From Clostridia bacterium (lineage in GTDB: Bacteria; Bacillota; Clostridia; Christensenellales; DTU072), in the NCBI GenBank assembly GCA_017504305.1, contig JAFVRJ010000007.1, positions 64,774-128,773 of the forward strand: 64,000 nt of DNA, in the 5' to 3' direction. Shown one piece after another: positions 28,423 to 39,562 of the stretch; the stretch's first letter is position 1; every line of letters begins with the position of its first letter. A program made the translations under genes and the position numbers. The notes under the pieces were generated by a model. It searched no databases and was not told the origin of the DNA. It saw only the letters and a program-made list of their open reading frames with translations.

Positions 28423-28450
28423 AACGCTCGCGCAAAAGCGAGCGTTTTTT
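28423..28450 (+). terminator. Intrinsic terminator after folD.
   Basis: aacgctcgc-gcaaaa-gcgagcgtt followed by TTTT. Confidence 0.8.
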
Positions 28451-28590
28451 ATGAAAACTGTGAGTAACTCGAGCGCAAAATTAAGTCTCAAAAATTTTTA
28501 AAAACCGTATTGAAACAATAAAGCGAAAACGTTAAAAATCGATAGCGAATTAAAAAACTTGATAAAATGTAAATTATTTTTCTCAAATTC

Positions 28591-28619
28591 TTTACTTATA
28601 ACTTTGTTTATGTTATATT
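28591..28619 (+). promoter_or_regulatory. Candidate promoter of the pyr operon (extended -10).
   Basis: TTTACT (28591-28596), 17-nt spacer ending in TGT, TATATT (28614-28619), about 45 nt upstream of the pyrB ATG. Confidence 0.4.
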
Positions 28620-28663
28620 AGTTGCAATAAAATTAAATACGCACATATGCACGCGAGGTACTT

Positions 28664-29539
28664 ATGAGAGGTTTATTGACATTGAGGACGCTTTCCTCAC
28701 CGGAAATAATGGAAATCATAGAGCTTGCTATTCGTTTTAAAAAAGGTTGGACAGTTAACTTCCCGGGGAAGAAAATGGTCAACCTTTTTTATGAGAATTC
28801 AACCCGTACTCAATATAGCTTTCAAATGGCTATGATCAACTTGGGTATTACCCCGGTATCTTTTAACCTTGCCGGATCAAGCGTAGCTAAAGGTGAAACA
28901 CTTTACGATACCGTTAGAACTTTCGAAAGCCTCGGTGTTGACGGTGTTGTTATTCGTCATTCTCAAGACGTTTATTATAGGGACCTCGAAACGATTAAGG
29001 TCCCTATTTTTAATGGCGGGGACGGATCGTCCGACCATCCCACCCAAACTCTTTTAGACCTTATGACGATTTACGAAGAATTTGGTAGATTCGAGGGTTT
29101 GAAGATAGCGCTAATAGGCGATATAGCTCACTCGAGAGTTGCTCACGGTAATGCTGAAGTTATGAAGCGTCTTGGCATGAAGGTATACGTATCCGGTCCC
29201 GAGCAATTTTCCGACGATAAAACCGGCGAGTATATCGAGATGGATAAAGCGGTGGAGACTTGCGACATTATAAACTTACTTCGCGTTCAATTCGAAAGGC
29301 ATAAAGAGCAAATGAATATCAGTAAGGAAGAGTACCACGCAAGATACGGCATGACGGTCGAGCGTGTTGCGCGCATGAAGAAAAACGCAATCATCATGCA
29401 TCCGGCGCCCATCAATCGTGGCGTTGAGATAGCAAGTGAAGTTGCAGAGTGCGATTGTTCTCGCATCTATAAACAAATGGAAAACGGCGTATACGTTCGT
29501 ATGGCTGTAATAACGCTCGCATTACAAGGAAAACTTTAA
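28664..29539 (+). CDS. pyrB: Aspartate carbamoyltransferase catalytic subunit.
   Basis: NLFYENSTRTQYSF (STRT carbamoyl-phosphate site), HPTQTLLD, and HPAPINRG. 291 aa. First gene of the pyr cluster. Confidence 0.95.
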   Translation: MRGLLTLRTLSSPEIMEIIELAIRFKKGWTVNFPGKKMVNLFYENSTRTQYSFQMAMINLGITPVSFNLAGSSVAKGETLYDTVRTFESLGVDGVVIRHSQDVYYRDLETIKVPIFNGGDGSSDHPTQTLLDLMTIYEEFGRFEGLKIALIGDIAHSRVAHGNAEVMKRLGMKVYVSGPEQFSDDKTGEYIEMDKAVETCDIINLLRVQFERHKEQMNISKEEYHARYGMTVERVARMKKNAIIMHPAPINRGVEIASEVAECDCSRIYKQMENGVYVRMAVITLALQGKL

Positions 29540-30744
29540 TGATACTTAAAAACGGCAAAATCTTAATAGGCGAGGAGCTTGTCGAAAAAGATATTCGCAT
29601 CGAAGGTGATACCATAGTGGAAATCGCCGACGAAATCGATGGTGATAACGTAATATACGTTAACGGTTGTTGGGTAATGCCCTCTGCCACTGACGTGCAC
29701 GTACACTTGCGCGAGCCGGGCTTCGAGTATAAAGAGACGGTGGCTACGGGAACTAACGCTGCGGCTAAAGGTGGAGTTGGTACGATAATGTCGATGCCAA
29801 ATTTGCGTCCTTGTCCCGATAGTGTAGAACATCTCAAAGTTCAACTTGATGCGATAAAAAAGGATGCGTCGGTTAAAGTATACCCATACGCTTCCGTTAC
29901 CGTTAACGAAGAGGGCAAAGAGCTTGCGGATTTAGAGGCTTTAGCACCTTACGTTTTGGCGTTTACAGATGACGGAAAGGGTGTGAACAACCTAAATCTT
30001 TTAAAACAAGCGATGCAAATTGCTAAAGATAACGATAAAGTCGTAGCATCTCACGCAGAAGCCGAAGGTTACGGATTTGGGCGTGAAGCCGAAATCATAG
30101 CCGTTGAGCGCGAGATCAAGATGGCGGAAGAAGTCGGTTGCAAATATCATTTTTGCCACATATCTACGATGGAAGCTTATGAATATATCCGTCAAGCAAA
30201 GGAAAGAGGAGTGGACGTAACGGTTGAAGTAACGCCCCATCATCTTCTTTTGAACGACGGCGACATAACGGACGGCAATACCAAAATGAATCCTCCGTTG
30301 CGACCGATGAGCGACATGATTGCCACCGTTCAAGCTTTATTAGACGGAACGGTTGATATGATTGCTACCGATCATGCTCCTCACGCTCCGCACGAAAAGG
30401 GCGATTACGACAAGTCCCTTAACGGTATAATCGGCATCGAAACCTTTTTGCCATCCATCTACACTTGCTTTGTAAGGACGGGGCTTATTAGTTATGGTAG
30501 GTTTATCGAGCTTTGCTCGACTGCTGCTGCGGAACGATTCGGTTTACCGGTAGCAAAACTTGAGGTAGGCGAGAAGGCAAACCTATGCGCGCTCGACATA
30601 GAAAACGAGCGTGAATACACGCAAGAGGAAATAGTTTCCTTAAGCAAGAATTCGCCCTTTATCGGCTATAAATTTTACGGATTCAACCGCTTGACGCTTG
30701 TCGACGGTGAAATAAAATATATCCAACTCACTCGGGAGGCATAA
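29539..30744 (+). CDS. pyrC: Dihydroorotase.
   Basis: The start overlaps the pyrB stop (TAATG). DVHVHLREPG metal-binding motif, ATDHAPH. 401 aa. Confidence 0.93.
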   Translation: MILKNGKILIGEELVEKDIRIEGDTIVEIADEIDGDNVIYVNGCWVMPSATDVHVHLREPGFEYKETVATGTNAAAKGGVGTIMSMPNLRPCPDSVEHLKVQLDAIKKDASVKVYPYASVTVNEEGKELADLEALAPYVLAFTDDGKGVNNLNLLKQAMQIAKDNDKVVASHAEAEGYGFGREAEIIAVEREIKMAEEVGCKYHFCHISTMEAYEYIRQAKERGVDVTVEVTPHHLLLNDGDITDGNTKMNPPLRPMSDMIATVQALLDGTVDMIATDHAPHAPHEKGDYDKSLNGIIGIETFLPSIYTCFVRTGLISYGRFIELCSTAAAERFGLPVAKLEVGEKANLCALDIENEREYTQEEIVSLSKNSPFIGYKFYGFNRLTLVDGEIKYIQLTREA

Positions 30745-31842
30745 ATGAATAAACGAATGTTGGTGCTTGAAAACGGCAGATACTTTTTAGGCAATGGTTT
30801 CGGAGCTAAAGGAACTCGCATTGCCGAATTGGTCTTTAATACCTCGATGGTAGGTTATCAAGAGATCATATCCGATCCGGCATACCGCAACTGTATGCTG
30901 GTTATGAGCTATCCGCTCATCGGTAACTATGGTCTTACGGACGACGACTTCGAGTCCAAGGCTGTGCACATTAGCGGTATGATAGTAAGGGAATATAACG
31001 ATTCACCTTCTAACTTCCGTTTCACGAGGACGCTCCAAGAGGTTTTGCGTGATAACGACGCGCCCGGCATAGAGGGTATTGATACTCGCGAGATCGTACG
31101 TATAGTACGTTCCGAGGGCTCCATGCGCGCGATGATAACCGATGCGGGCAGAGATATCGACGAGTGCGTTAAGGAAATCAAAGCGTATAGTTTGGTATCC
31201 CACTCTGTCAAAGAAGTATCATCCAAGAGCGTTTGGTATGCACGTACGCGTAAGCCCCAATATACCGTAGGTATAATCGATTGCGGTGTAAGAAGCACCA
31301 TGATACGTAAGCTAAAGAACAACAGCTGTAACGCTGTAGTTTTCCCTTACGATACTTCTAAAGAAGAAATCTTAACCCACAATCCTCAAGGTTTATTTAT
31401 CTCTGACGGACCCGATACTCCCGAGGCGGTAAGAGATATCGAAAATCTTATTAAAGAGTTCAAAGGTAAGATTCCGATTATGGGCATTGGACTTGGCGCA
31501 CATTTGATTGCGTACGCATACGGTGCAAAAATCCAAAAGATGAAATTTGGACATAACGGTGCAAACCAACCTGTCCGTAACATTATAACCGGTGAAATTG
31601 AAATCACCTCCCAAAACCACATCCACGTAATCGATAAGGACTCGCTTGAGGGTACCGGCCTTACGCTCACCCACGTAAACCTTATCGACGGAACCTGCGA
31701 AGGTATCATTGACGAAGCTAACAGCGTAATCGCAATGCAGTATCACCCCGCCGAGGATGGTATGGGATATTTATTCGAGAAATTTATCAGCTTTATGAAG
31801 AAATTCGGAGGACGCAAAAATGCCAAAGAGAACAGATATTAA
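30745..31842 (+). CDS. carA: Carbamoyl-phosphate synthase small (glutaminase) subunit.
   Basis: GGGAGG RBS. N-terminal LENG..F.G..FGA and [15 protein letters not shown]. The class-I amidotransferase part has [11 protein letters not shown] (where canonical CarA has G-I-C-L-G, this has GIGLG; see findings) and QYHPAEDG. Confidence 0.85.
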   Translation: MNKRMLVLENGRYFLGNGFGAKGTRIAELVFNTSMVGYQEIISDPAYRNCMLVMSYPLIGNYGLTDDDFESKAVHISGMIVREYNDSPSNFRFTRTLQEVLRDNDAPGIEGIDTREIVRIVRSEGSMRAMITDAGRDIDECVKEIKAYSLVSHSVKEVSSKSVWYARTRKPQYTVGIIDCGVRSTMIRKLKNNSCNAVVFPYDTSKEEILTHNPQGLFISDGPDTPEAVRDIENLIKEFKGKIPIMGIGLGAHLIAYAYGAKIQKMKFGHNGANQPVRNIITGEIEITSQNHIHVIDKDSLEGTGLTLTHVNLIDGTCEGIIDEANSVIAMQYHPAEDGMGYLFEKFISFMKKFGGRKNAKENRY

Positions 31843-34800
31843 GAAGATCATGATGATTGGTAGCGGTCCTATAGTTATAGGACAAGCTGCCGAGTTCGAC
31901 TACGCCGGCACCCAAGCATGCCTTGCTCTCAAAGAAGAAGGATACGAGGTAATTCTCGTTAACTCTAACCCTGCGACCATAATGACCGACTCCACCATGG
32001 CGGAAAAGGTTTATATGGAGCCGTTGGATCTTGAGCACGTAGCAAAAATAATCCGTCACGAGCGTCCCGACGGTTTGATTTGTTCCATTGGCGGACAAAC
32101 GGGTCTTAACCTTGGTATGCAACTTGCCACCAAAGGCATTTTGGACGAGTGTCAAGTAGAGCTTTTAGGTACGAGTTACGAAGCGATTGCTAAAGCGGAA
32201 GACAGACAGCTCTTCAAAGATCTTTGTTTGGAAATCGGTGAACCTGTATTGCAATCGGAAACGGCAACAACGGTTGACGAGTGCTTGAGAATAGCAGACG
32301 ACATCGGCTACCCGATTATTGTACGTCCCGCATTTACGCTTGGCGGAACGGGAGGTGGCTTTGCCGATAATGCAGACGAGCTTAAGGAACTTGCTAAAAA
32401 CGCACTTAAGCTTTCGCCGGTAACGCAAGTACTAATCGAAAAGTCCATCAAGGGCTATAAGGAAATCGAGTTCGAAGTTATGCGCGATAAAGCAGGTACG
32501 GCCATAGCGATTTGCTGTATGGAAAACGTTGATCCCGTTGGTATCCATACCGGTGATAGTATAGTAGTTGCACCTTCTCAAACGCTTACTCTCAAAGAGT
32601 ACAACATGCTCAAGAACGCAGCGCTTAACATAATTAAGGCGCTCAAAATCGAAGGCGGATGTAACGTACAATTTGCACTTGATCCCTTCAGCTTCGAGTA
32701 CTTTGTAATCGAGGTTAACCCTCGCGTATCTCGTTCTTCGGCACTCGCAAGTAAGGCAAGTGGATTCCCAATCGCAAGAGTTTCGGCAAAAATCGCTTGC
32801 GGACTTACCCTCGATGAAATCGATATCGGTTGCGGTAAAGCAGCGTTTGAACCGAGTCTTGATTATATCGTTGCCAAGGTTCCGCGTTTCCCCTTTGATA
32901 AGTTCACCAAGGCAAACCGCGTGCTTAACACTCAAATGAAAGCAACGGGCGAGGTTATGAGTATCGGCAGAACTTATGAGGAGGCTCTGCTTAAAGCAGT
33001 CCGTTCGTTGGAAACAGGCCTCGATCATATTGAAGTTAAAGCGCTTAAGGAGTTAAGCACTCACGACCTTATCGAGCTTATTATCAAGAACACTGACGAG
33101 CGCACTTTTGCTATAGCGGAAGCACTTCGTCGCGACGTTAAGATAGATTACCTCTACGGCCTTACCCAAATTGATAGATTCTTCCTCGAGAAGATGCAAA
33201 ACATCATCAATATGGAAAAAGTTATCGTAGCGAACCCCAACGACTACGATATCCTCGTCAAAGCCAAAAAGATGGGCTTCAGCGATGCATATATCGGCGA
33301 AAAATGGGGCAAATCCGAAGTTGAGATTTATGAACTTCGTAAAGCCAACAAGCTCTATCCCGTTTACAAGATGATAGATACTTGCGCTGCAGAATACGAG
33401 AGCTATATCCCGTACTTCTATTCCACCTATGAATCGGAAAACGAGTCCATCCGCTCCGATCGCAAAAAGGTTATAGTTATGGGTTCCGGTCCTATAAGAA
33501 TCGGTCAAGGTATCGAGTTCGACTACTCCACCGTACACGCTATTTGGGCCATCCGCGAAGCGGGCTATGAAGCTATTATCATCAATAACAACCCCGAAAC
33601 CGTTTCTACCGACTATACCATTTCCGACAAATTGTACTTTGAGCCGTTAACTTTTGAAGACGTTATGAACATTATCGACTTCGAAAAGCCTGAAGGCGTT
33701 ATAGTTGCACTTGGCGGACAAACGGCAATCAACCTTGCAGAAGACCTTGATAAGGCAGGCGTTAAGATTTTAGGATCTTCCGCAGAAAGTATCGCGCTCG
33801 CAGAAGACCGCGATCTTTTCGGTGCAGCTCTTATTCGTCTTGGCATACCGATGCCGGAAGGTAGAAGCGTATTCAACATTAAAGACGGCGTAAAAGCGGC
33901 GGAAGAAATAGGTTATCCCGTACTCGTACGTCCTTCCTTCGTTCTCGGTGGCAGAATGATGCATATCGTATACGATCGCAAGCAACTCGAGCCCATCCTT
34001 GCCGAAGCAGTTAAGATCAACAAAAAGCACCCTGTACTTATTGATAAATACATACTCGGTCAAGAGTGCGAAGTAGATGCAGTTTGCGACGGTAAGCAAG
34101 TATTTATTCCCGGTATTATGGAGCATATTGAGCGCGCAGGTGTTCACAGTGGCGACTCGATGAGCGTATATCCTTGCTACTCTTTGTCCAAAAAGGTGCA
34201 AGAAGTCATTGTAGACTACACAAATCGCATCGGTTTAGAACTTAATATTATCGGACCGTTTAACATCCAATTTGTAGTTGACTCCGACGATACCGTTTAC
34301 ATCATTGAGGTTAACCCGCGTAGTAGCCGTACCGTACCTTTCCTTGCAAAGACCACGGGCGCACCTATAGCTGATATCGCAACCAAAGCTATGCTCGGCG
34401 TAAGTCTTGCAGAGCAAGGTTACACCGGCGTATTCCCCAAGAAGGATAGATGGTTTGTTAAATCCCCGACCTTCTCTTACTCCAAACTTACCGGATTGGA
34501 TGCAGTTCTATCCCCCGAAATGAAGTCTACTGGCGAGGCTATCGGTTATGATAAGACCTTGACCAGAGCAGTATATAAATCGCTAAAGGCAAGCGGACTT
34601 CGCGTAGCTAACTACGGTACCGTTCTTGCAACCATTGCAAACCAAGATAAAGAACAAGCGTTACCCATCATCAAGCGCTTCTACGATATGGGATTCAATA
34701 TCGAAGCTACTGAAGGAACGGCTGAATTCCTTAAAGCTCACGGTATCCGCACTCGTATCCGCAAAAAACTATCTCAAGGTAGTGAGGAAATCTTGGATAG

Positions 34801-34987
34801 TATTCGCAAGGGTTACGTAACTTACGTAGTAAACACCATCACCGAGGGTACTGCAGGACAAGCGGACGGCTCTGCAATCCGTCGTTCGGCAGTTGATAAC
34901 AACGTGCCTGTATTCACCTCGCTTGATACGGTAAGAGTTCTTCTTGACGTTCTCGAAGAAACCACCATGGGAGTATCTACGATATGA
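31820..34987 (+). CDS. carB: Carbamoyl-phosphate synthase large subunit.
   Basis: [23 protein letters not shown] and the second-half repeat [21 protein letters not shown]. Two ATP-grasp halves plus an MGS-like C-terminus. 1055 aa. Overlaps carA by 23 nt. Confidence 0.96.
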   Translation: MPKRTDIKKIMMIGSGPIVIGQAAEFDYAGTQACLALKEEGYEVILVNSNPATIMTDSTMAEKVYMEPLDLEHVAKIIRHERPDGLICSIGGQTGLNLGMQLATKGILDECQVELLGTSYEAIAKAEDRQLFKDLCLEIGEPVLQSETATTVDECLRIADDIGYPIIVRPAFTLGGTGGGFADNADELKELAKNALKLSPVTQVLIEKSIKGYKEIEFEVMRDKAGTAIAICCMENVDPVGIHTGDSIVVAPSQTLTLKEYNMLKNAALNIIKALKIEGGCNVQFALDPFSFEYFVIEVNPRVSRSSALASKASGFPIARVSAKIACGLTLDEIDIGCGKAAFEPSLDYIVAKVPRFPFDKFTKANRVLNTQMKATGEVMSIGRTYEEALLKAVRSLETGLDHIEVKALKELSTHDLIELIIKNTDERTFAIAEALRRDVKIDYLYGLTQIDRFFLEKMQNIINMEKVIVANPNDYDILVKAKKMGFSDAYIGEKWGKSEVEIYELRKANKLYPVYKMIDTCAAEYESYIPYFYSTYESENESIRSDRKKVIVMGSGPIRIGQGIEFDYSTVHAIWAIREAGYEAIIINNNPETVSTDYTISDKLYFEPLTFEDVMNIIDFEKPEGVIVALGGQTAINLAEDLDKAGVKILGSSAESIALAEDRDLFGAALIRLGIPMPEGRSVFNIKDGVKAAEEIGYPVLVRPSFVLGGRMMHIVYDRKQLEPILAEAVKINKKHPVLIDKYILGQECEVDAVCDGKQVFIPGIMEHIERAGVHSGDSMSVYPCYSLSKKVQEVIVDYTNRIGLELNIIGPFNIQFVVDSDDTVYIIEVNPRSSRTVPFLAKTTGAPIADIATKAMLGVSLAEQGYTGVFPKKDRWFVKSPTFSYSKLTGLDAVLSPEMKSTGEAIGYDKTLTRAVYKSLKASGLRVANYGTVLATIANQDKEQALPIIKRFYDMGFNIEATEGTAEFLKAHGIRTRIRKKLSQGSEEILDSIRKGYVTYVVNTITEGTAGQADGSAIRRSAVDNNVPVFTSLDTVRVLLDVLEETTMGVSTI

Positions 34988-35706
34988 TATCCAAGAAGTT
35001 AACCGTCGTAAGCAATAAAAAACTTGCAGACGGAATATATGAAATGCGCTTAAGCGGTGCTGATTACGTAGTCCCCGGTAGCTTTTTGGAAGTTACCGTT
35101 CCGGGATTCTACCTCAACCGTCCTTTCGGCGTAGGCAACTACGAAGACGGCGAGATTACCATCTATTACAAAGTGGTTGGCAACGGTACCGATAAAATGA
35201 CCGAAGTATCGGTAGGTACCAAGCTCAACGTTATCTACGGACTTGGTAACGGCTTCAATATGGAGCGCGCAATAAGACCGTTACTCGTCAGTGGCGGTAT
35301 TGGTATTGCACCTATCTATTACCTTGCAAAAGCCTTTGCTAAAAAGGGCGTAAGACCTATAGTCGTAACGGGCTTCCGTAACGCAAGCGAAGTGGTTTTG
35401 AGTAATGAACTTAAAGAAATAGCCGACCTTGTCGTATGTACCGACGACGGTTCAATGGGCTTCAACGGAAATCCCGTAAGTGCGGTAAAAGCACTTGATA
35501 AAGAGTGGGATTACTATTATGCATGCGGACCGATGGTAATGATGAAGTATCTAAAGATGTACTCCGATAAGGGTGAGCTATCACTCGAAGCTCGCATGGG
35601 TTGTGGCTTTGGCGCTTGCATGGGATGCAGTATAATTACCAAATCCGGCTACAAGCGCGTATGCAAAGAAGGACCTGTGTTTGATGCAGATGAGGTGGAG
35701 TTATGA
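34984..35706 (+). CDS. pyrK: Dihydroorotate dehydrogenase B electron-transfer (FAD/2Fe-2S) subunit.
   Basis: ATGA overlap with carB. C-terminal Cys cluster [13 protein letters not shown]...VCKEGPVF. Positioned directly upstream of pyrD. Confidence 0.88.
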   Translation: MISKKLTVVSNKKLADGIYEMRLSGADYVVPGSFLEVTVPGFYLNRPFGVGNYEDGEITIYYKVVGNGTDKMTEVSVGTKLNVIYGLGNGFNMERAIRPLLVSGGIGIAPIYYLAKAFAKKGVRPIVVTGFRNASEVVLSNELKEIADLVVCTDDGSMGFNGNPVSAVKALDKEWDYYYACGPMVMMKYLKMYSDKGELSLEARMGCGFGACMGCSIITKSGYKRVCKEGPVFDADEVEL

Positions 35707-36638
35707 GCACCGTAAACAATGTTTTAGATACCCAAATTGAGCTTTTTGGCGTAAAGCTTGATAATCCGATAATTCCTGCAAGCGGTACGTACGGCTTTGG
35801 TTACGAGTTTAGCGAGTACTATGACATCAACTGTCTTGGATCAATCTCGTTAAAAGGAACGACCAAGGAAGCTCGCTATGGTAATCCTCTGCCTCGCATA
35901 GCGGAGTGCCCGAACGGACTTATCAATGCAATTGGTTTACAAAACCCCGGCGTAGATAAGGTTATTGAAGTCGAGCTAAAAAAGCTTGATGAAGTTTATA
36001 AAAAGCCGGTTATAGCAAACGTAGGCGGACATAGTTTTGAGGAGTATACCACAACCGTTGCAAAGTTCAACGACGTAGACAAGGTGTTTGCCGTTGAACT
36101 TAATATCAGTTGTCCTAACGTTCAAGGCGGTGGCATGGCGTTTGGAACAAACCCTGACACCGTAGAGGAGCTTGTTAGGGAAATCAAAAAGGTTTCCACA
36201 AAACCCATTATAGTTAAGCTTTCTCCCAACGTTACCGATATTAAGCTTCTTGCAAAAGCCGCTGAAAGGGGTGGCGCGGACGGCTTAAGTCTTATTAACA
36301 CGTTGGTTGGTATGCGCATCGATCTCAAAACGGCTCGTCCCATTATTTCCGTCAAGCGCGGCGGTTATAGCGGACCGGGCGTTTTCCCCGTTGCGGTTAA
36401 TATGGTTTACGCAGTTAAAGAGGTTACTGATCTTCCAATTATCGGCATGGGCGGTATTTCTTCTGCTGAAGACGTGATTGAAATGATGTATGCAGGTGCA
36501 ACTGCAGTTATGGTTGGCTCGTATAATCTTGTAAATCCGTATGGTTGTAAGGAAATCATCGACGATTTGCCGGTGGTAATGGAAAAATTGGGTATAAATA
36601 AATTAAGCGATATAACAGGGAGGTCTCACAATGTGTAA
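35703..36638 (+). CDS. pyrD: Dihydroorotate dehydrogenase (class 1B) catalytic subunit.
   Basis: ATGA overlap with pyrK. NPIIPASGT.GFG, NAIGLQNPG, ELNISCPNV, GLSLINT, GGYSGP, IGMGGI. Confidence 0.95.
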   Translation: MSTVNNVLDTQIELFGVKLDNPIIPASGTYGFGYEFSEYYDINCLGSISLKGTTKEARYGNPLPRIAECPNGLINAIGLQNPGVDKVIEVELKKLDEVYKKPVIANVGGHSFEEYTTTVAKFNDVDKVFAVELNISCPNVQGGGMAFGTNPDTVEELVREIKKVSTKPIIVKLSPNVTDIKLLAKAAERGGADGLSLINTLVGMRIDLKTARPIISVKRGGYSGPGVFPVAVNMVYAVKEVTDLPIIGMGGISSAEDVIEMMYAGATAVMVGSYNLVNPYGCKEIIDDLPVVMEKLGINKLSDITGRSHNV

Positions 36639-37329
36639 GGACGTAATTATTGCATGCGATTTTTCTTCTAAAGAAGAACTTTTTGCCTTTTTAGATAAGC
36701 TTGGCGATTATAAGCCCTATCTTAAGGTTGGTATGGAGCTCTATTATAAAGAGGGCGCACCGATGGTAAGAGAACTTAAAGAGCGCGGATATAAAATCTT
36801 CCTCGACCTTAAGCTTCACGATATTCCCAATACCGTATACAAAGCGATGCGTAATTTAGGCGCACTTGGCGTAGATATTACCAACGTTCATGCGGCTGGC
36901 GGTATCAAGATGATGGCAGCGGCTCTTAAAGGTTTAAGAGAGGGCGCCGGCGAAGGCGCAATGCCCAAGCTTATTGCGGTAACTCAACTCACCTCCACCG
37001 ATGCAGATACTCTCAAAAACGAGCTTTTAATTAACGAAACCCTCGAGAATACCGTTCGCAAGTACGCATTGAACGCAAAAGAAGCAGGTCTTGATGGTGT
37101 AGTTTGCTCTCCGCTCGAAGCATCTCTCATTAAGGGATTAGGTCTTATGAGCGTAACTCCCGGCATCCGCCTTGCAGGTGACTCCGTGGATGATCAAAAG
37201 CGCGTAAGCACTCCCGCCCTTGCTCGCGAAATGGGTAGCACTTATATCGTAGTAGGACGTAGTATCACCGGTGCGCAAAATCCCCAAGAAGCATACGCAG
37301 AGTGCGTAAGACAATTTAAAGGAGAATAA
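36631..37329 (+). CDS. pyrF: Orotidine-5'-phosphate decarboxylase.
   Basis: GGGAGG RBS. IACDF....E......L......LKVGMELY, FLDLKLHDIPNTV, VVGRSIT. 232 aa. Confidence 0.94.
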   Translation: MCKDVIIACDFSSKEELFAFLDKLGDYKPYLKVGMELYYKEGAPMVRELKERGYKIFLDLKLHDIPNTVYKAMRNLGALGVDITNVHAAGGIKMMAAALKGLREGAGEGAMPKLIAVTQLTSTDADTLKNELLINETLENTVRKYALNAKEAGLDGVVCSPLEASLIKGLGLMSVTPGIRLAGDSVDDQKRVSTPALAREMGSTYIVVGRSITGAQNPQEAYAECVRQFKGE

Positions 37330-37331
37330 TT

Positions 37332-37979
37332 ATGAATCAAGTACTTGCAACCGACGTAGCAAAAGCCTTACTTTCTATAAAAGCAGTATTCCTTCGCCCC
37401 GCTGAACCCTTTACTTGGGCAAGCGGAATCAAATCCCCTATATATTGCGATAACCGTTTAACTTTATCGGTTCCCGCAGTTCGTAAGATTATCGAAAACG
37501 GCATCGCTTCCGTAATTAAAGAGCAATATCCCGACTGTGAAGTAGTAATGGGAACTTCTACCGCAGGTATCCCTCACGCAGCTATCGTAAGCGAGATTTT
37601 AGATCTTCCGATGGGTTACGTAAGAGGCGGTAATAAAGAGCACGGCAGAGGGAACCGTATCGAAGGCGCAGATCCTAACGGCAAAAAGGTCGTTGTAGTC
37701 GAAGACCTTATTTCTACCGGTGGCTCGGCAATCGAGGTGGTCAACGCTTTGCGTGAGGCTGGTGCAAACGTATTAGGCATCGTTTCCATCTTCACTTATG
37801 AGATGAAAAAAGGTATTGAAAGACTTGCACAAGCTGAAGTCAACAACACTTCATTGTCTTGCTTTAGCGTACTTTCAAAGGTCGCTTTAGAACAAGGCTA
37901 TATTACCGATAAAGAATATCGCATGGTATCGGCGTTTCAAGCAAATCCCCAAGATCCCGAGTGGATTAACGTTCAATAA
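37332..37979 (+). CDS. pyrE: Orotate phosphoribosyltransferase.
   Basis: AGGAG RBS. FTWASGIKSPIYCDNR and the PRPP loop KVVVVEDLISTGGSAIE. 215 aa. Confidence 0.94.
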   Translation: MNQVLATDVAKALLSIKAVFLRPAEPFTWASGIKSPIYCDNRLTLSVPAVRKIIENGIASVIKEQYPDCEVVMGTSTAGIPHAAIVSEILDLPMGYVRGGNKEHGRGNRIEGADPNGKKVVVVEDLISTGGSAIEVVNALREAGANVLGIVSIFTYEMKKGIERLAQAEVNNTSLSCFSVLSKVALEQGYITDKEYRMVSAFQANPQDPEWINVQ

Positions 37980-37997
37980 ACTGTTAACTAATAACGA

Positions 37998-38036
37998 AAG
38001 AGCCCGAAACTTCATTGTTTCGGGCTCTTATTTTAT
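37998..38036. terminator. Intrinsic terminator shared by the pyr operon and the convergent aminotransferase gene.
   Basis: aagagcccgaaac-ttcatt-gtttcgggctctt (13-bp stem) followed by a T-rich tail on the plus strand. Confidence 0.8.
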
Positions 38037-38053
38037 TATTTAGGTAACCTTGA

Positions 38054-39244
38054 TTAGGCTTTTAGTGATTTAACAAATACTTCCATGCGATCAAGAGCTT
38101 CTTTTAAAGTATCTATGGAGCAAGCGTAGGAAATACGTATATGGTTTTTGCCGGACTCGCCAAAAGCTATACCCGGAACAACTGCAACTTTTTGTTCTAA
38201 AAGTAAGCGCTCTGCAAATTCCTCTCCGGTAAGACCTGTTGATGCAACGGAGGGGAAGGCATAGAAGGCGCCCTTTGGCTCAAAGCAATCGATACCCATA
38301 TCGTTTAAGCGCTTTACTAAATAAACACGGCGTTCGTTGTATTCGTCGCACATTTCGCGTACCGTTTTGAAGTTGGTGGAAAAACTTTCTTCAAGTGCAG
38401 TTTGTGCCGCGTATTGGCTTGCGGTAGGAGCGCACATTATAACGTATTGGTGTATTTTGCGGATGATTTCAACAAGTTCCTTCGGGGCGCAAAGATATCC
38501 TATACGCCAACCGGTCATAGCAAAAGCCTTGCTAAAGCCACTGATAAGGATGGTACGTTCGCGCATGCCATCGATGTTGGCTATCGATACGTGTAGATGG
38601 GGAGCATCGCCATAAGTAAGTTCGCTATATACTTCATCTGATATAACAACAAGATTATGCTTGATGATTATAGGAGCGATTGCTTCGAGATATTCCCTTT
38701 CCATAATAGCGCCGGTGGGGTTGTTGGGATAGGGCAAAATAAGAGCTTTAGTGCGAGGAGTGATAGCGTTCTCGAGTTCCTCTGCAGTCAACTTAAAATC
38801 GTTTTTGGCTAAACAATTTATGGGTTTCGGTATCCCATAAGTCAAAGAAACGCAAGGAGCATACGAAACGTAAGAGGGTGAAGGAATAAGGACTTCCTCC
38901 CCGGGATTAACAACTGCACGTAGTGCAATATCGATAGCTTCGGAAGCTCCAACGGTAACTAACGTTTCGTCGTCGGGTGAATATTTGGGTCCGCCCAAAA
39001 GATGAACGTACTTACAAATATCAACGCGCAAACCGTACAAACCGTTGTTGGAAGTATATTGAGTTTTACCATCACGGATGCTTGCGATGCCTGCTTCACT
39101 AAAACTTGCTGCGGTTATAAAATCCGGTTCGCCTATGCCGAGGGAAAGGCAATCCTTCATTTCTGCGGCGATATCGAAGAATTTACGAATACCGGAAGGT
39201 GGTATGTCGTTTGCAGCTTTACTTATTATCGTAGAATAGTCCAT
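38054..39244 (-). CDS. Class I/II PLP-dependent aminotransferase (aspartate/aromatic family-like).
   Basis: AGGAGA RBS. LSLGIGEPDF, NPTGA, and the PLP-lysine motif SGFSKAFAMTGWRIGY. 396 aa. Confidence 0.85.
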   Translation of the reverse strand: MDYSTIISKAANDIPPSGIRKFFDIAAEMKDCLSLGIGEPDFITAASFSEAGIASIRDGKTQYTSNNGLYGLRVDICKYVHLLGGPKYSPDDETLVTVGASEAIDIALRAVVNPGEEVLIPSPSYVSYAPCVSLTYGIPKPINCLAKNDFKLTAEELENAITPRTKALILPYPNNPTGAIMEREYLEAIAPIIIKHNLVVISDEVYSELTYGDAPHLHVSIANIDGMRERTILISGFSKAFAMTGWRIGYLCAPKELVEIIRKIHQYVIMCAPTASQYAAQTALEESFSTNFKTVREMCDEYNERRVYLVKRLNDMGIDCFEPKGAFYAFPSVASTGLTGEEFAERLLLEQKVAVVPGIAFGESGKNHIRISYACSIDTLKEALDRMEVFVKSLKA

Positions 39245-39372
39245 TGATTATCTCCTATGTTTTAGCATTATAGCACAATATTTTTATTAATCATAATATA
39301 TTTGGCATTAAAATAAATTATTTTTAAATCTATATAATATATAAGAATTAATAAATAGGTAAATTGCAAATG

Positions 39373-39456
39373 AACTTGTGTACCCATTGTCTAAAGACAA
39401 CGGGTACATTGTCAGTCTGATTCCAAAAGAAAAACACGCATCAAGTGCGTGTTTTT
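39373..39456. repeat. Copy A of an 84-bp direct repeat (imperfect 12-bp-stem hairpin plus terminator-like hairpin).
   Basis: aacttgtgtacccattgtctaaagacaacgggtacattgtcagtctgattccaaaagaaaaacacgcatcaagtgcgtgttttt. There are 4 mismatches to copy B, which lies exactly 190 bp downstream. Confidence 0.9.
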
Positions 39457-39562
39457 TGACGGGACCACTCGATTTATTGTAGTTATAGTATATGCCAAGT
39501 GGTATCGTTAGGGCGTGTTTGGCGTATGAGGTAAGTGGCACACTCGTCAGGTTTAGAAGCCA

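Noticed and set aside
28372-28663. A PyrR-binding attenuator, leader peptide or riboswitch upstream of the pyr operon. The 16-codon ORF at 28451 was considered as a leader peptide.
   Set aside because: I see no ARUCCAGAGAGG-type PyrR loop and no terminator/antiterminator pair after the candidate promoter. The only hairpin is the folD terminator. There is no pyrR gene in the cluster. The mini-ORF has no RBS. The operon looks ordinary apart from its compact overlapping junctions.
39458-39562. A possible degenerate second tRNA, or a hammerhead-like CUGACGAG motif, between the two 84-bp repeat copies.
   Set aside because: Only gacgggac echoes the tRNA-Thr T-arm. No T-loop (TTCRAAT), acceptor pairing or anticodon arm can be drawn. 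Apart from CUGACGAG, the remaining hammerhead core (GAAA, stem II/III pairing) is not present.
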